A stretch of DNA of 64,000 nucleotides, taken from Chrysemys picta bellii. Taxonomy: Eukaryota. Location: positions 1,116,001-1,180,000 of the forward strand of contig NC_088807.1 of NCBI RefSeq assembly GCF_011386835.1, in the 5' to 3' direction. Under the pieces are notes generated by a model, which did no database searches, was not told the origin of the DNA, and saw nothing but the letters and a program-made list of their open reading frames with translations. Positions 12,261 to 24,343 of this stretch are shown here, one piece after another (within the stretch, counting starts at the first letter, position 1; every line of letters starts with the position of its first letter). The position numbers and the translations under genes were made by a program.

Positions 12261-12949
12261 CCCTCGGGCTGGGGAGGCGGTCCCATAAACATCGGCCCAG
12301 CTCCCTCCTCGGCCTGCACCCGCCGGGAAACGCTCCTTTGCCGGGACGCCTCCAACAGACGTCCCAGCGGTTAGGCAGCTGGTGGGCTGAGAGCCCTGGC
12401 CCTTGTGGCGAGGGGGACAGTCTCCCGGTTTCCCCTGTGGGGCAGTCGGTCTCCGTAGGCTAACCTGTGTCTAATGCTTGGCAGCAGTTGGGGACAGGAA
12501 TCATTTGTTCAGCGCCTGGCCCAGCGGGGGCCGGCCCCCAGGCGCTCCCCTAAGAAATCCCAACACTGCTCCCTGTTGTAGCCAACCATGGAATCCCCTC
12601 ACTGCAGCGAGTCCCTAACCCCGTGGGAACGACCCCGTCTCCTTGCCCCGGTGCTGTCGCGCTGCCCTCCGCCTCGCCAGGTTTGTGGCCGCTGCTCCTC
12701 TCAGTGCATCCCCTGCTTTCTCACTTACTCCTTTTCGTTCTCTTTACGAGTTCTCCTTCCCTGGCTTCTCTCCATCCCCACTTCCCCCGCTCCATTCGGC
12801 CAGCCCCTGCCCCAAACTCGAGACACTTCATCCCCACGCCCCCCTCCCACGGCCTCTCTGTGGCGCCCCATTCTCAGGCCCAGGAGAGAAGCTGAGGCTG
12901 GCAAAAGGCATGGGTGCAGCTCTGATTCATTGTTTATCCAGGGCAGGAG

Positions 12950-13700
12950 AGCGGCGTCCAGTCCTCGCGTTGGTCTATCTGACAGGCGCCAGGCCAGGTG
13001 TCTCTGACAGGTCAGCCGTCCCTCGGGGTTCGCCTGTCCCCCCATCCCATATCCTAGTGATTCCGGCTGCGCGGTCCCCGGAGGAGCAATAACTCCAGGG
13101 TTTCGATGCCCGAGCTGTGCCACGGAGAGGCAGCCGGAGCGGGCATCGCGCCAGGCTCCTGCTCTGGGTGGGCTGCCCCACATCTCCCTGTGCGCCTGGC
13201 AGGGCTGAGCCCCTCTTTGCACGGGTGTAACTGGCGGCACAAGGTGCAGGGCACCAGCGACTCCGCTCCTGGAGGGTTTTCCACCCCGGCGCCCCCCCCC
13301 CCCCCCCCCCGACTAATCCTTTGGGCCTTACCCACAATGCCCCTCTCTGCCAAGGTCCTGCTGCCTCGGCCCCCCAGCGGGCAGCGCCCGGCCCCCCTGC
13401 TCCCCGCCTACCTGCAGGAGCAGCGGTTCCCACGCTCCCTCCGGCTGGGTCCCCCGGCCCTTCGCCCCGGCCCCGGCAGCAGCGCGCACAGCCCGGGCCG
13501 TGGGGAGGAGACACCAGCCTTCCTTCCCAGGGGTGGAGCCTCGCCCTCCCTCCAGCCTGCCCACCTCTGGGCCGGGCTCCATCGGCCTGGGGGGGCGAGA
13601 CGTGCTGCGGCCAGGAGCAGAACAATCCCCCCCCCGAATCCCCCCCCGAGCCGGAGCTAATGCAGCGGGGGGGGGGGGGGACTGCCCCAGCCCCCGCCCC
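12950..13700 (-). promoter_or_regulatory. CpG-rich island, candidate PLD3 promoter / non-coding first exon
   Basis: CpG- and GC-rich. Minus-strand donor-like sites CAG|GTAGGC (exon edge 13412) and GTGG|GTAAGG (~13331). Lies upstream of the PLD3 ATG exon. Confidence 0.45.
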
Positions 13701-15763
13701 CAGCCAGTCATTGCATGGCCAGCCTGGCTAGATGGATGCTGGGCTGCCCCGGTCCACCAGCAGCTGTTCCTGTACAGTGGGGGCCGTATGGGGAAGGCGC
13801 TGGGCAAGGACTCGGCCAATCTGGTTCAATGCCTGCCTCTGCCCCTGACACCGCATCTCCCCGCGCCTCAGTTTCCCCATCTGTAGGAGGGGGAATTACC
13901 CTTCCTTTCTCCCCCCCTTCGTCTGTCTGGGCTAGTTACTCTGTGTGTGGCACAATGCGGGCCTGATCCCGGTTCGGGGCCGGCCGTTCCACTGGCTGCT
14001 CTCTCGGGCTTCGTTCGGTGCGTTACAGTCGGGCCTAGGAGCCCCTGGCGCCCGGTGCTGCTGTACACACCCAGGACAAAAGGCCGCTCTGAGTATTAGA
14101 CGAGAGATGGCAGCTGGATCCTGGCAGGCACGAGGGAACAATGAGACAATGCTGGCCAGCACCGCAGGCAGAGCTCTCAGCCCACCGGCCACCTAGCCTC
14201 TGTCAAGGCTTTTCTGGGCAAAGGAGAGTTTTCAGGAGGGACGCGAAGGAGGCTGCTTTGCAGAGGTTTACGGGGAGCTTCTCCCGAGCGCGCGGGGCAG
14301 CACCGGCGGAAGCACCAAGGGGCTTGTTTGAACTTTTGACAGGCGGGCGATGGAGGCTGGTGGCTGGGGCCGAGGGGAGGGCGCTGGATGGAACCTTCTC
14401 TGCTACGTTGTGGCCAGGACCTGGGATAACTGCCTATCTGGATCGCTCGGCTGGTCCCCTGTAGCACGTAGGGGCCCCCGGCAGGGTCATGGCCCCAGCA
14501 CGCTGGACGTAGGCCACTGTCTCCCAGGCAGGAACACGCGGCCGGTCCCGCCTGGTCTGTGCTGTTTGACCCAATTGAAGTGATGACTGTGCTTGCGTCA
14601 TAATTTCAGCATCTGACGATTCGTAATAGCTCAGGAAGCACCTCACCCAAATCCGCTCTGGGTTTGGACTGAGCAGTGACTTTAGCACCGGGGACTAAGC
14701 AACACCTGGTGAGTCAGGATTTGAACCAGCAGCCCCCGGTTACACCCGCAGCAAGCCAAGTTGTAGGAAAGAGATCTTTGCTAAGTGTGCACGGAGGCCA
14801 GTGCCTGTGTTTGTCTGGTAGCCACATGGCCCAGCTTGCATTCCTTCCTGGGCCCTTGGGTGTCAGACCAAAGTAGCCAGGTCTCCCTTGAAACTGGCTC
14901 CTAGTGTCCCAGCCCAACCCATCACATGGCACTCCCACCCCCCATGTGTGCATGTCACGTGCCTTCACAAAACCCTGCCTCCCCTGACCAGAGCGGGTGA
15001 GGGCTGGATGAGCCATGGGGGGGACTCCAGCCCCCGCAAGCTTGTGGTGTCCAGGGATGAGATGGGAACTGAACTGAGCCACGCAGCAGGAATAATGTAC
15101 AGTCTGGATTCAAACCAGCACCCTTGAAGTGAACAGATGCAGCCAGGGCCATCCTACCCGACAGAGGTAGGGAGGATTTCTGTATCCCCAACTTTCCTTA
15201 CAGGTCAGAGGCCAGGTCCCCCGCTGGTATCAACCAATATGGTTCCCTTGTGGCCAACAGAGTCCCCGGCCACCGTGTGAACTGCACAGTCAGATTTGAA
15301 GCCGGCCGGGATGGGACCATTACAGTTTCCTAATCTGCCCTTCTCCCCAGTGATTCCTGGGGCCACCCCACGGCGTCTGGAGCCGGAGCAGGGAGCTCTG
15401 GAGCCTGGCTTGCGGCTGTTTTCTTGTGTGGTTGCTCCCTCTTATGGAGAGAGGTGGGACAAGGCAAGCAGTGTCTGTAATACTCTTCAAGAGCAGACCT
15501 CCTGCTCCACCTGGGAGGAGGGATGGGAATCCTTGGTTTACAGACAGGGAAACTGAGGCACCAAGGTGCGTTTGCCCCAAAGACCCAAGGGCTGGAGGCT
15601 CCCCTGCCTTGCAGCGTGGGGCATTATGTGCACCCAGGGCTGGGAAATGCTGCCACCCTGCTGAGCGAGGGGAGAAGGTTAATTGGGCCACACATTTATC
15701 TACCACTTTGCACAGACATAAATGATGACACAGGGTGCTGGGCTATGGAGTTTGTGACAAGAG

Positions 15764-15960
15764 CGGGGGAGAGAACCCAGGAGTCCTGGCTCCCAGCCCC
15801 CCCCCTGCTCTAACCACCAGCCCCCACTCCCCTCCCAGAGCTGGGGAGAGAACCCAGGAGTCCTGGCTCCCAGCCCCCCCGCTCTAACCCACCAGCCCCC
15901 CTCCCCTCCCAGAGCCGGGGAGAGAACCCAGGAGTCCTGGCTCCCAGCCCCGCCCCCGAG
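15764..15960 (-). repeat. Tandemly repeated tRNA-SINE-head-like unit (~75 bp, ~2.6 copies)
   Basis: GAGAACCCAGGAGTCCTGGCTCCCAGCCCC at 15771, 15848 and 15922. The reverse complement reads GGTTAGAGCA...GGGAGCCAGGACTCCTGGGTTCT, resembling a tRNA-derived SINE 5' end. Confidence 0.75.
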
Positions 15961-16188
15961 CCGGAGAGACTCCAGGGACCGGGCTCAGTCGGCGCAGGCG
16001 CGGTGCGCTGCGGGAGGTGCCGAGGCCGCCCCGCTCTCTATGGTTCCCGCCGCCTAGAGGCGGCTCCGCGCGGGCCGGAGGGGGCGGCCGCTTCCTGTTC
16101 TCGCTGGTCGGCGCTTCCGGCTGGGCCTCTCCCCGGGCCCCGGGGAGAAGCGGAGAGGCCGGGCCGGGCCGGCGCGGGGAGCGCAGCG
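15960..16188 (+). promoter_or_regulatory. C19orf47: CpG-island promoter and probable non-coding exon 1 of C19orf47 (possibly shared divergently with PLD3)
   Basis: CpG-dense. NRF1-like GCGCAGGCGC (15992), TCTCTATGGT (16035..16044), ETS cores CTTCCTG and CTTCCGG. Donor GCG|GTGAGG at 16188/16189. The TSS itself cannot be located. Confidence 0.7.
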
Positions 16189-16189
16189 G

Positions 16190-19100
16190 TGAGGGGGCGG
16201 GGGCTGTGGTGACGAGGCTCTATGTGGGAGGGGGTGTCGGGGGGAGTTTGAGGGGCGGGGGCTGGGGGCTGTAAGCGGGGCGGGGGGTGGCGGGGGCTGT
16301 GGTGACGAGGCTCTATGGGGGAGGGGGTGTCGGGGGGAGTTTGAGGGGCGGGGGCTGGGGGCTGTAAGCGGGGCTGGGGGGGCGGGGGCTGTGGTGAGGA
16401 GGCTCTATGGGGGAGGCGGTGTCGGGGGGAGTTTGGGGGGCGGGGGCTGGGGGCTGTAAGCGGGGCTGGGGGGGGCGGGGGCTGTGGTGATGAGGCTCTA
16501 TGGGGGAGGGGGTGTCTGGGGGGGGAGTTTGGGGGGCAGGGGCTGGGGGCTGTAAGCGGGGCGGGGGGTGGCGGGGGCTGTGGTGACGAGGCTCTATGGG
16601 GGAGGGGGTGTCTGGGGGGGGAGTTTGAGGGGCGGGGGATGGGGGCTGTAAGCGGGGCGGGGGGGTGGCGGGGGCTGTGGTGAGGAGGCTCTATGGGGGA
16701 GGCGGTGTCGGGGGGAGTTTGGGGGGCGGGGGCTGGGGGCTGTAACCGGGGCTGGGGGGGGCGGGGGCTGTGGTGAGGAGGCTCTATGGGGGAGGGGGTG
16801 TCTGGGGGGGCAGTTTGGGGGGCGGGGGCTGGGGGCTGTAAGCGGGGCTGGGGGGTGGCGGGGGCTGTGGTGAGGAGGCTCTATGGGGGAGGGGGTGTCG
16901 GGGGGGGGAGTTTGGGGGGCGGGGGATGGGGGCTGTAAGCGGGGCCGGGGGGTGGCGGGGGCTGTGGTGACGAGGCTCTATGGGGGAGGGGGTGTCTGGG
17001 GGGGAGTTTGGGGGGCGGGGGATGGGGGCTGTAAGCGGGGCTGGGGGGTGGCGGGGGCTGTGGTGACGAGGCTCTATGGGGGAGGGGGTGTCGGGGGGGG
17101 GAGTTTGGGGGGCGGGGGCTGTAAGCGGGGCCGGGGGGGCGGGGGCTGTGGTGAGGAGGCTCTATGGGGGAGGGGGTGTCGGGGGGAGTTTGAGGGGCGG
17201 GGGATGGGGGCTGTAAGCGGGGCTGGGGGGTGGCGGGGGCTGTGGTGAGGAGGCTCTATGGGGGAGGGGGTGTCTGGGGGGGGAGTTTGGGGGGCGGGGG
17301 ATGGGGGCTGTGGTGAGGAGGCTCTATGGGGGAGGGGGTGTCTGGGGGGGAGTTTGGGGGGCGGGGGATGGGGGCTGTAAGCGGGGAGGGGGGGGCGGGG
17401 GCTGTGGTGAGGAGGCTCTATGGGGGAGGGGGTGTCGGGGGGGGGAGTTGGGGGGCGGGGGCTGGGGGCTGTGGTGAGGAGGCTCTATGGGGGAGGGGGA
17501 GTTGGGGGGCGGGGGATGGGGGCTGTAAGCGGGGCTGGGGGGGGCGGGGCTGTGGTGACGAGGCTCTATGGGGGAGGCGGTGTCGGGGGGAGTTTGGGGG
17601 GCGGGGGCTGGGGGCTGTAACCGGGGCTGGGGGGGGCGGGGGCTGTGGTGAGGAGGCTCTATGTGGGAGGGGGTGTCTGGGGGGGCAGTTTGGGGGGCGG
17701 GGGCTGGGGGCTGTAAGCGGGGCTGGGGGGTGGCGGGGGCTGTGGTGAGGAGGCTCTATGGGGGAGGCGGTGTCGGGGGGGAGTTTGGGGGGCGGGGGCT
17801 GGGGGCTGTAAGCGGGGCTGGGGGGTGGCGGGGGCTGTGGTGAGGAGGCTCTATGGGGGAGGGGGTGTCTGGGGGGGAGTTTGGGGGGCAGGAGCTGGGG
17901 GCTGTAAGCGGGGCTGGGGGGTGGCGGGGGCTGTGGTGAGGAGGCTCTATGGGGGAGGCGGTGTCGGGGGGGAGTTTGGGGGGCGGGGGCTGGGGGCTGT
18001 AAGCGGGGCTGGGGGGTGGCGGGGGCTGTGGTGAGGAGGCTCTATGTGGGAGGGGGTGTCTGGGGGGGCAGTTTGGGGGGCGGGGGCTGGGGGCTGTAAG
18101 CGGGGCTGGGGGGTGGCGGGGGCTGTGGTGAGGAGGCTCTATGTGGGAGGGGGTGTCTGGGGGGGCAGTTTGGGGGGCGGGGGCTGGGGGCTGTAAGCGG
18201 GGCTGGGGGGGGCGGGGCTGTGGTGAGGAGGCTCTATGGGGGAGGGGGTGTCGGGGGGGGCAGTTTGGGGGCGGGGGCTGGGGGCTGTAACCGGGGCTGG
18301 GGGGGGCGGGGCTGTGGTGAGGAGGCTCTATGGGGGAGGGGGTGTCGGGGGGGGCAGTTTGGGGGCGGGGGCTGGGGGCTGTAACCGGGGCTGGGGGGGG
18401 CGGGGCTGTGGTGAGGAGGCTCTATGGGGGAGGGGGTGTCTGGGGGGGGAGTTTGGGGGGCGGGGGATGGGGGCTGTAAGCGGGGCTGGGGGGTGGCGGG
18501 GGCTGTGGTGAGGAGGCTCTATGGGGGAGGCGGTGTCGGGGGGGAGTTTGGGGGGCGGGGGCTGGGGCTGTAAGCGGGGCTGGGGGGTGGCGGGGGCTGT
18601 GGTGAGGAGGCTCTATGGGGGAGGGGGTGTCGGGGGGGGAGTTTGGGGGGCGGGGGATGGGGGCTGTAAGCGGGGCCGGGGGGTGGCGGGGGCTGTGGTG
18701 ACGAGGCTCTATGGGGGAGGGGGTGTCTGGGGGGGAGTTTGGGGGGCGGGGGATGGGGGCTGTAAGCGGGGCTGGGGGGTGGCGGGGGCTGTGGTGACGA
18801 GGCTCTATGGGGGAGGGGGTGTCGGGGGGGGGAGTTTGGGGGGCGGGGGCTGTAAGCGGGGCCGGGGGGGCGGGGGCTGTGGTGAGGAGGCTCTATGGGG
18901 GAGGGGGTGTCGGGGGGAGTTTGAGGGGCGGGGGATGGGGGCTGTAAGCGGGGCTGGGGGGTGGCGGGGGCTGTGGTGAGGAGGCTCTATGGGGGAGGGG
19001 GTGTCTGGGGGGGGAGTTTGGGGGGCGGGGGATGGGGGCTGTGGTGAGGAGGCTCTATGGGGGAGGGGGTGTCTGGGGGGGAGTTTGGGGGGCGGGGGAT

Positions 19101-22100
19101 GGGGGCTGTAAGCGGGGAGGGGGGGGCGGGGGCTGTGGTGAGGAGGCTCTATGGGGGAGGGGGTGTCGGGGGGGGAGTTGGGGGGCGGGGGCTGGGGGCT
19201 GTGGTGAGGAGGCTCTATGGGGGAGGGGGAGTTGGGGGGCGGGGGATGGGGGCTGTAAGCGGGGCTGGGGGGGGCGGGGCTGTGGTGACGAGGCTCTATG
19301 GGGGAGGCGGTGTCGGGGGGAGTTTGGGGGGCGGGGGCTGGGGGCTGTAACCGGGGCTGGGGGGGGCGGGGGCTGTGGTGAGGAGGCTCTATGTGGGAGG
19401 GGGTGTCTGGGGGGGCAGTTTGGGGGGCGGGGGCTGGGGGCTGTAAGCGGGGCTGGGGGGTGGCGGGGGCTGTGGTGAGGAGGCTCTATGGGGGAGGCGG
19501 TGTCGGGGGGGAGTTTGGGGGGCGGGGGCTGGGGGCTGTAAGCGGGGCTGGGGGGTGGCGGGGGCTGTGGTGAGGAGGCTCTATGTGGGAGGGGGTGTCT
19601 GGGGGGGCAGTTTGGGGGGCGGGGGCTGGGGGCTGTAAGCGGGGCTGGGGGGGGCGGGGCTGTGGTGAGGAGGCTCTATGGGGGAGGGGGTGTCGGGGGG
19701 GGCAGTTTGGGGGCGGGGGCTGGGGGCTGTAACCGGGGCTGGGGGGGGCGGGGCTGTGGTGAGGAGGCTCTATGGGGGAGGGGGTGTCGGGGGGGGCAGT
19801 TTGGGGGCGGGGGCTGGGGGCTGTAACCGGGGCTGGGGGGGGCGGGGCTGTGGTGAGGAGGCTCTATGGGGGAGGGGGTGTCTGGGGGGGGAGTTTGGGG
19901 GGCGGGGGATGGGGGCTGTAAGCGGGGCTGGGGGGTGGCGGGGGCTGTGGTGAGGAGGCTCTATGGGGGAGGCGGTGTCGGGGGGGAGTTTGGGGGGCGG
20001 GGGCTGGGGGCTGTAAGCGGGGCTGGGGGGTGGCGGGGGCTGTGGTGAGGAGGCTCTATGGGGGAGGGGGTGTCGGGGGGGGAGTTTGGGGGGCGGGGGA
20101 TGGGGGCTGTAAGCGGGGCCGGGGGGTGGCGGGGGCTGTGGTGACGAGGCTCTATGGGGGAGGGGGTGTCTGGGGGGGAGTTTGGGGGGCGGGGGATGGG
20201 GGCTGTAAGCGGGGCTGGGGGGTGGCGGGGGCTGTGGTGACGAGGCTCTATGGGGGAGGGGGTGTCGGGGGGGGGAGTTTGGGGGGCGGGGGCTGTAAGC
20301 GGGGCCGGGGGGGCGGGGGCTGTGGTGAGGAGGCTCTATGGGGGAGGGGGTGTCGGGGGGAGTTTGAGGGGCGGGGGATGGGGGCTGTAAGCGGGGCTGG
20401 GGGGTGGCGGGGGCTGTGGTGAGGAGGCTCTATGGGGGAGGGGGTGTCTGGGGGGGGAGTTTGGGGGGCGGGGGATGGGGGCTGTGGTGAGGAGGCTCTA
20501 TGGGGGAGGGGGTGTCTGGGGGGGAGTTTGGGGGGCGGGGGATGGGGGCTGTAAGCGGGGAGGGGGGGGCGGGGGCTGTGGTGAGGAGGCTCTATGGGGG
20601 AGGGGGTGTCGGGGGGGGGAGTTGGGGGGCGGGGGCTGGGGGCTGTGGTGAGGAGGCTCTATGGGGGAGGGGGAGTTGGGGGGCGGGGGATGGGGGCTGT
20701 AAGCAGGGCTGGGGGGTGGCGGGGGCTGTGGTGAGGAGGCTCTATGGGGGAGGGGGTGTCTGGGGGGGAGTTTGGGGGGCGGGGGATGGGGGCTGTAAGC
20801 GGGGCCAGGGGGTGGCGGGGGCTGTGGTGACGAGGCTCTATGGGGGAGGGGGTGTCTGGGGGGGAGTTTGGGGGCGGGGGCTGGGGGCTGTAAGCGGGGC
20901 CAGGGGGTGGCGGGGGCTGTGGTGACGAGGCTCTATGGGGGAGGGGGTGTCGGGGGGAGTTTGGGGGCGGGGGCTGTAAGCGGGGCTGTGGGGTGGTGGG
21001 GGCTGTGGTGAGGAGGCTCTATGGGGGAGGGGGTGTCGGGGGGGAGTTTGGGGGGCGGGGGCTGGGGGCTGTAAGCGGGGCCAGGGGGTGGCGGGGGCTG
21101 TGGTGACGAGGCTCTATGTGGGAGGGGGTGTCTGGGGGGGCAGTTTGGGGGGCGGGGGCTGGGGGCTGTAAGCGGGGCTGGGGGGGTGGCGGGGGCTGTG
21201 GTGAGGAGGCTCTATGTGGGAGGGGGTGTCTGGGGGGGCAGTTTGGGGGGCGGGGGCTGGGGGCTGTAAGCGGGGCTGGGGGGGGCGGGGCTGTGGTGAG
21301 GAGGCTCTATGGGGGAGGGGGTGTCGGGGGGGGCAGTTTGGGGGCGGGGGCTGGGGGCTGTAACCGGGGCTGGGGGGGGCGGGGCTGTGGTGAGGAGGCT
21401 CTATGGGGGAGGGGGTGTCGGGGGGGGCAGTTTGGGGGCGGGGGCTGGGGGCTGTAACCGGGGCTGGGGGGGGCGGGGCTGTGGTGAGGAGGCTCTATGG
21501 GGGAGGGGGTGTCTGGGGGGGGAGTTTGGGGGGCGGGGGATGGGGGCTGTAAGCGGGGCTGGGGGGTGGCGGGGGCTGTGGTGAGGAGGCTCTATGGGGG
21601 AGGCGGTGTCGGGGGGGAGTTTGGGGGGCGGGGGCTGGGGGCTGTAAGCGGGGCTGGGGGGTGGCGGGGGCTGTGGTGAGGAGGCTCTATGGGGGAGGGG
21701 GTGTCGGGGGGGGAGTTTGGGGGGCGGGGGATGGGGCTGTAAGCGGGGCCGGGGGGTGGCGGGGGCTGTGGTGACGAGGCTCTATGGGGGAGGGGGTGTC
21801 TGGGGGGGAGTTTGGGGGGCGGGGGATGGGGGCTGTAAGCGGGGCTGGGGGGTGGCGGGGGCTGTGGTGACGAGGCTCTATGGGGGAGGGGGTGTCGGGG
21901 GGGGGGAGTTTGGGGGGCGGGGGATGGGGGCTGTGGTGAGGAGGCTCTATGGGGGAGGGGGTGTCTGGGGGGGAGTTTGGGGGGCGGGGGATGGGGGCTG
22001 TAAGCGGGGAGGGGGGGGCGGGGGCTGTGGTGAGGAGGCTCTATGGGGGAGGGGGTGTCGGGGGGGGGAGTTGGGGGGCGGGGGCTGGGGGCTGTGGTGA

Positions 22101-23256
22101 GGAGGCTCTATGGGGGAGGGGGAGTTGGGGGGCGGGGGATGGGGGCTGTAAGCAGGGCTGGGGGGTGGCGGGGGCTGTGGTGAGGAGGCTCTATGGGGGA
22201 GGGGGTGTCTGGGGGGGAGTTTGGGGGGCGGGGGATGGGGGCTGTAAGCGGGGCCAGGGGGTGGCGGGGGCTGTGGTGACGAGGCTCTATGGGGGAGGGG
22301 GTGTCTGGGGGGAGTTTGGGGGCGGGGGCTGGGGGCTGTAAGCGGGGCCAGGGGGTGGCGGGGGCTGTGGTGACGAGGCTCTATGGGGGAGGGGGTGTCG
22401 GGGGGAGTTTGGGGGCGGGGGCTGTAAGCGGGGCTGTGGGGTGGTGGGGGCTGTGGTGAGGAGGCTCTATGGGGGAGGGGGTGTCAGGGGGGAGTTTGGG
22501 GGGCGGGGGCTGGGGGCTGTAAGCGGGGCCAGGGGGTGGCGGGGGCTGTGGTGACGAGGCTCTGTGGGGGAGCTGGTGTCTGGGGGGGAGTTTGGGGGGC
22601 AGGAGCTGGGGGCTGTAAGCGGGGCCGGGGGGTGGCGGGGGCTGTGGTGAGGAGGCTCTATGGGGGAGGGGGTGTCGGGGGGAGTTTGGGGGGCGGGGGC
22701 TGGGGGCTGTAAGCAGGGCTGGGGGCTGTGGTGACGAGGCTCTATGGGGGAGGGGGTGTCTGGGGGGGAGTTTGGGGGGCGGGGGCTGGGGGCTGTAAGC
22801 AGGGCTGGGGGGTGGCGGGGGCTGTGGTGAGGAGGCTCTATGGGGGAGGGGGTGTCTGGGGGGGAGTTTGGGGGGCAGGAGCTGGGGGCTGTAAGTGGGG
22901 CCAGGGGTGGCAGGGGCTGTGGTGAGGAGGCTCTATGGGGGAGGCGGTGTCGGGGGGGAGTTTGGGGGGCGGGGGCTGGGGGCTGTAAGCGGGGCTGGGG
23001 GGTGGCGGGGGCTGTGGTGAGGAGGCTCTATGGGGGAGGCGGTGTCGGGGGGGAGTTTGGGGGGCGGGGGCTGGGGGCTGTAAGCGGGGCTGGGGGGTGG
23101 CGGGGGCTGTGGTGAGGAGGCTCTATGGGGGAGGCGGTGTCGGGGGGGAGTTTGGGGGGCGGGGGCTGGGGGCTGTAAGCGGGGCTGGGGGGTGGCGGGG
23201 GCTGTGGTGAGGAGGCTCTATGGGGGAGGCGGTGTCTGGGGGGGAGTTTGGGGGGC
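16190..23256 (+). repeat. G-rich tandem array (VNTR), unit ~93 bp, roughly 75-80 copies, C19orf47 intron 1
   Basis: Unit GGGGCTGTGGTGAGGAGGCTCTATGGGGGAGGGGGTGTCGGGGGGAGTTTGGGGGGCGGGGGCTGGGGGCTGTAAGCGGGGCTGGGGGGTGGCG. TATG anchors at 16221, 16314, 16406, 16499. About 65% G and 11% C in this unit; some shortened units. Confidence 0.98.
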
Positions 23257-24343
23257 AGACACTGGGACTGTGGGGAGTGTGGGGGGACTGTCGGGGAGGA
23301 ACTCACTCGGCGCGTGGAGGGGGAGATGGCTCCTGAGGATTTTAGGGGGATTTGAGGAGGGTTGTGGGGCAGAGACCGTGGGGTCCTGCTCTCCTGCATT
23401 AGACTGAGCAGTTGGTGTCCCTAGCACAGGGGGGTTGAACCCAGGCAGTGACCCCACAAAACCAGCAGCTCTTGCTGGCCGAGCTGGAATCCTGGTGGGA
23501 CCAGCCAGTGGGGATTGCTGAGCTCTAGCTCTCCTGCCTTGAGCTCTCGAGGTCCCTCCCAGGCCTAGGAGTCCGGCCTCAGGCAGCTCTGTGAGCGGCT
23601 TCTAGTCATTGATTCCTGTGGCCGCAGCCCAGCCATTTGGTAACTTTCCTTCGCGGGCTGAAGCAGGGAATTGCTGTCCCCTTCTCTGATAGGGAAATAG
23701 TTCTTCAGTCCCAGCCAGGTGAGCGAACGTGCTCCCCAAGCACCTGCTCAAGTCGTCATGCGCTGTTCCAGAGCAGCGGGCACCTGTCTGAACCCCCTGG
23801 AAGCGCTAGTCCCAAGCAGACGTTCATTTGCTCCATGATAACCAGAACCTGGCGGGATAACGACCGAGAACCACGACCTCGAGGGGGAAACAAGCTGCAG
23901 GAGAGAAGGAAATCTCAGCAACCATATCATGACCCTAAGAATGCCCTTAAGTAATGAGCCAGCGACAGGATATGCAGAAAGCTGACTAGCGTGGTCCCCT
24001 TTACGTCTGCACGCTCTCCAGGCGCTGCCTCTGCCCTCTGCAGTTGCCTCTTCAAGAAGCACTGAAGTATTTGTAGCCCTGGGCAAAGGACAGGAGCCGA
24101 ACGTGGTCTAGTCAAAAATCCCTTTGCGTCATAAGTCGCCATTGTAGAACCAGACTGGGGGCGTTGTGCTTTAAACTCCTGGGCTGGGAGTGGGTAATGG
24201 GCTATTCTTGTTCCATGAATGCCAGCACTGGAATTCTGCCTGCGTCATTCGTGCAGCGCAGTTGCCTTAATGATATGTTCTTTCATTGCAGGACAGCGCC
24301 GCGAGAGCCAGGCCCCACCAGGGGTCTTTCTGGATTTCCCACA

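Noticed and set aside
15764-15960. tRNA genes
   Set aside because: Only degenerate A/B-box-like SINE heads with no cloverleaf; the same applies at 45485..45665.
16190-23256. Immunoglobulin switch region or telomeric repeat
   Set aside because: G-rich with GGGCT, but AGCT hotspots are nearly absent, no Ig constant exons are nearby, and there are no TTAGGG tracts.
16883-23407. Gly-rich ORFs (keratin/loricrin-like look)
   Set aside because: Translations of the G-rich intronic array; each unit has TAA/TGA in other frames, and there is no unique domain or splice structure.
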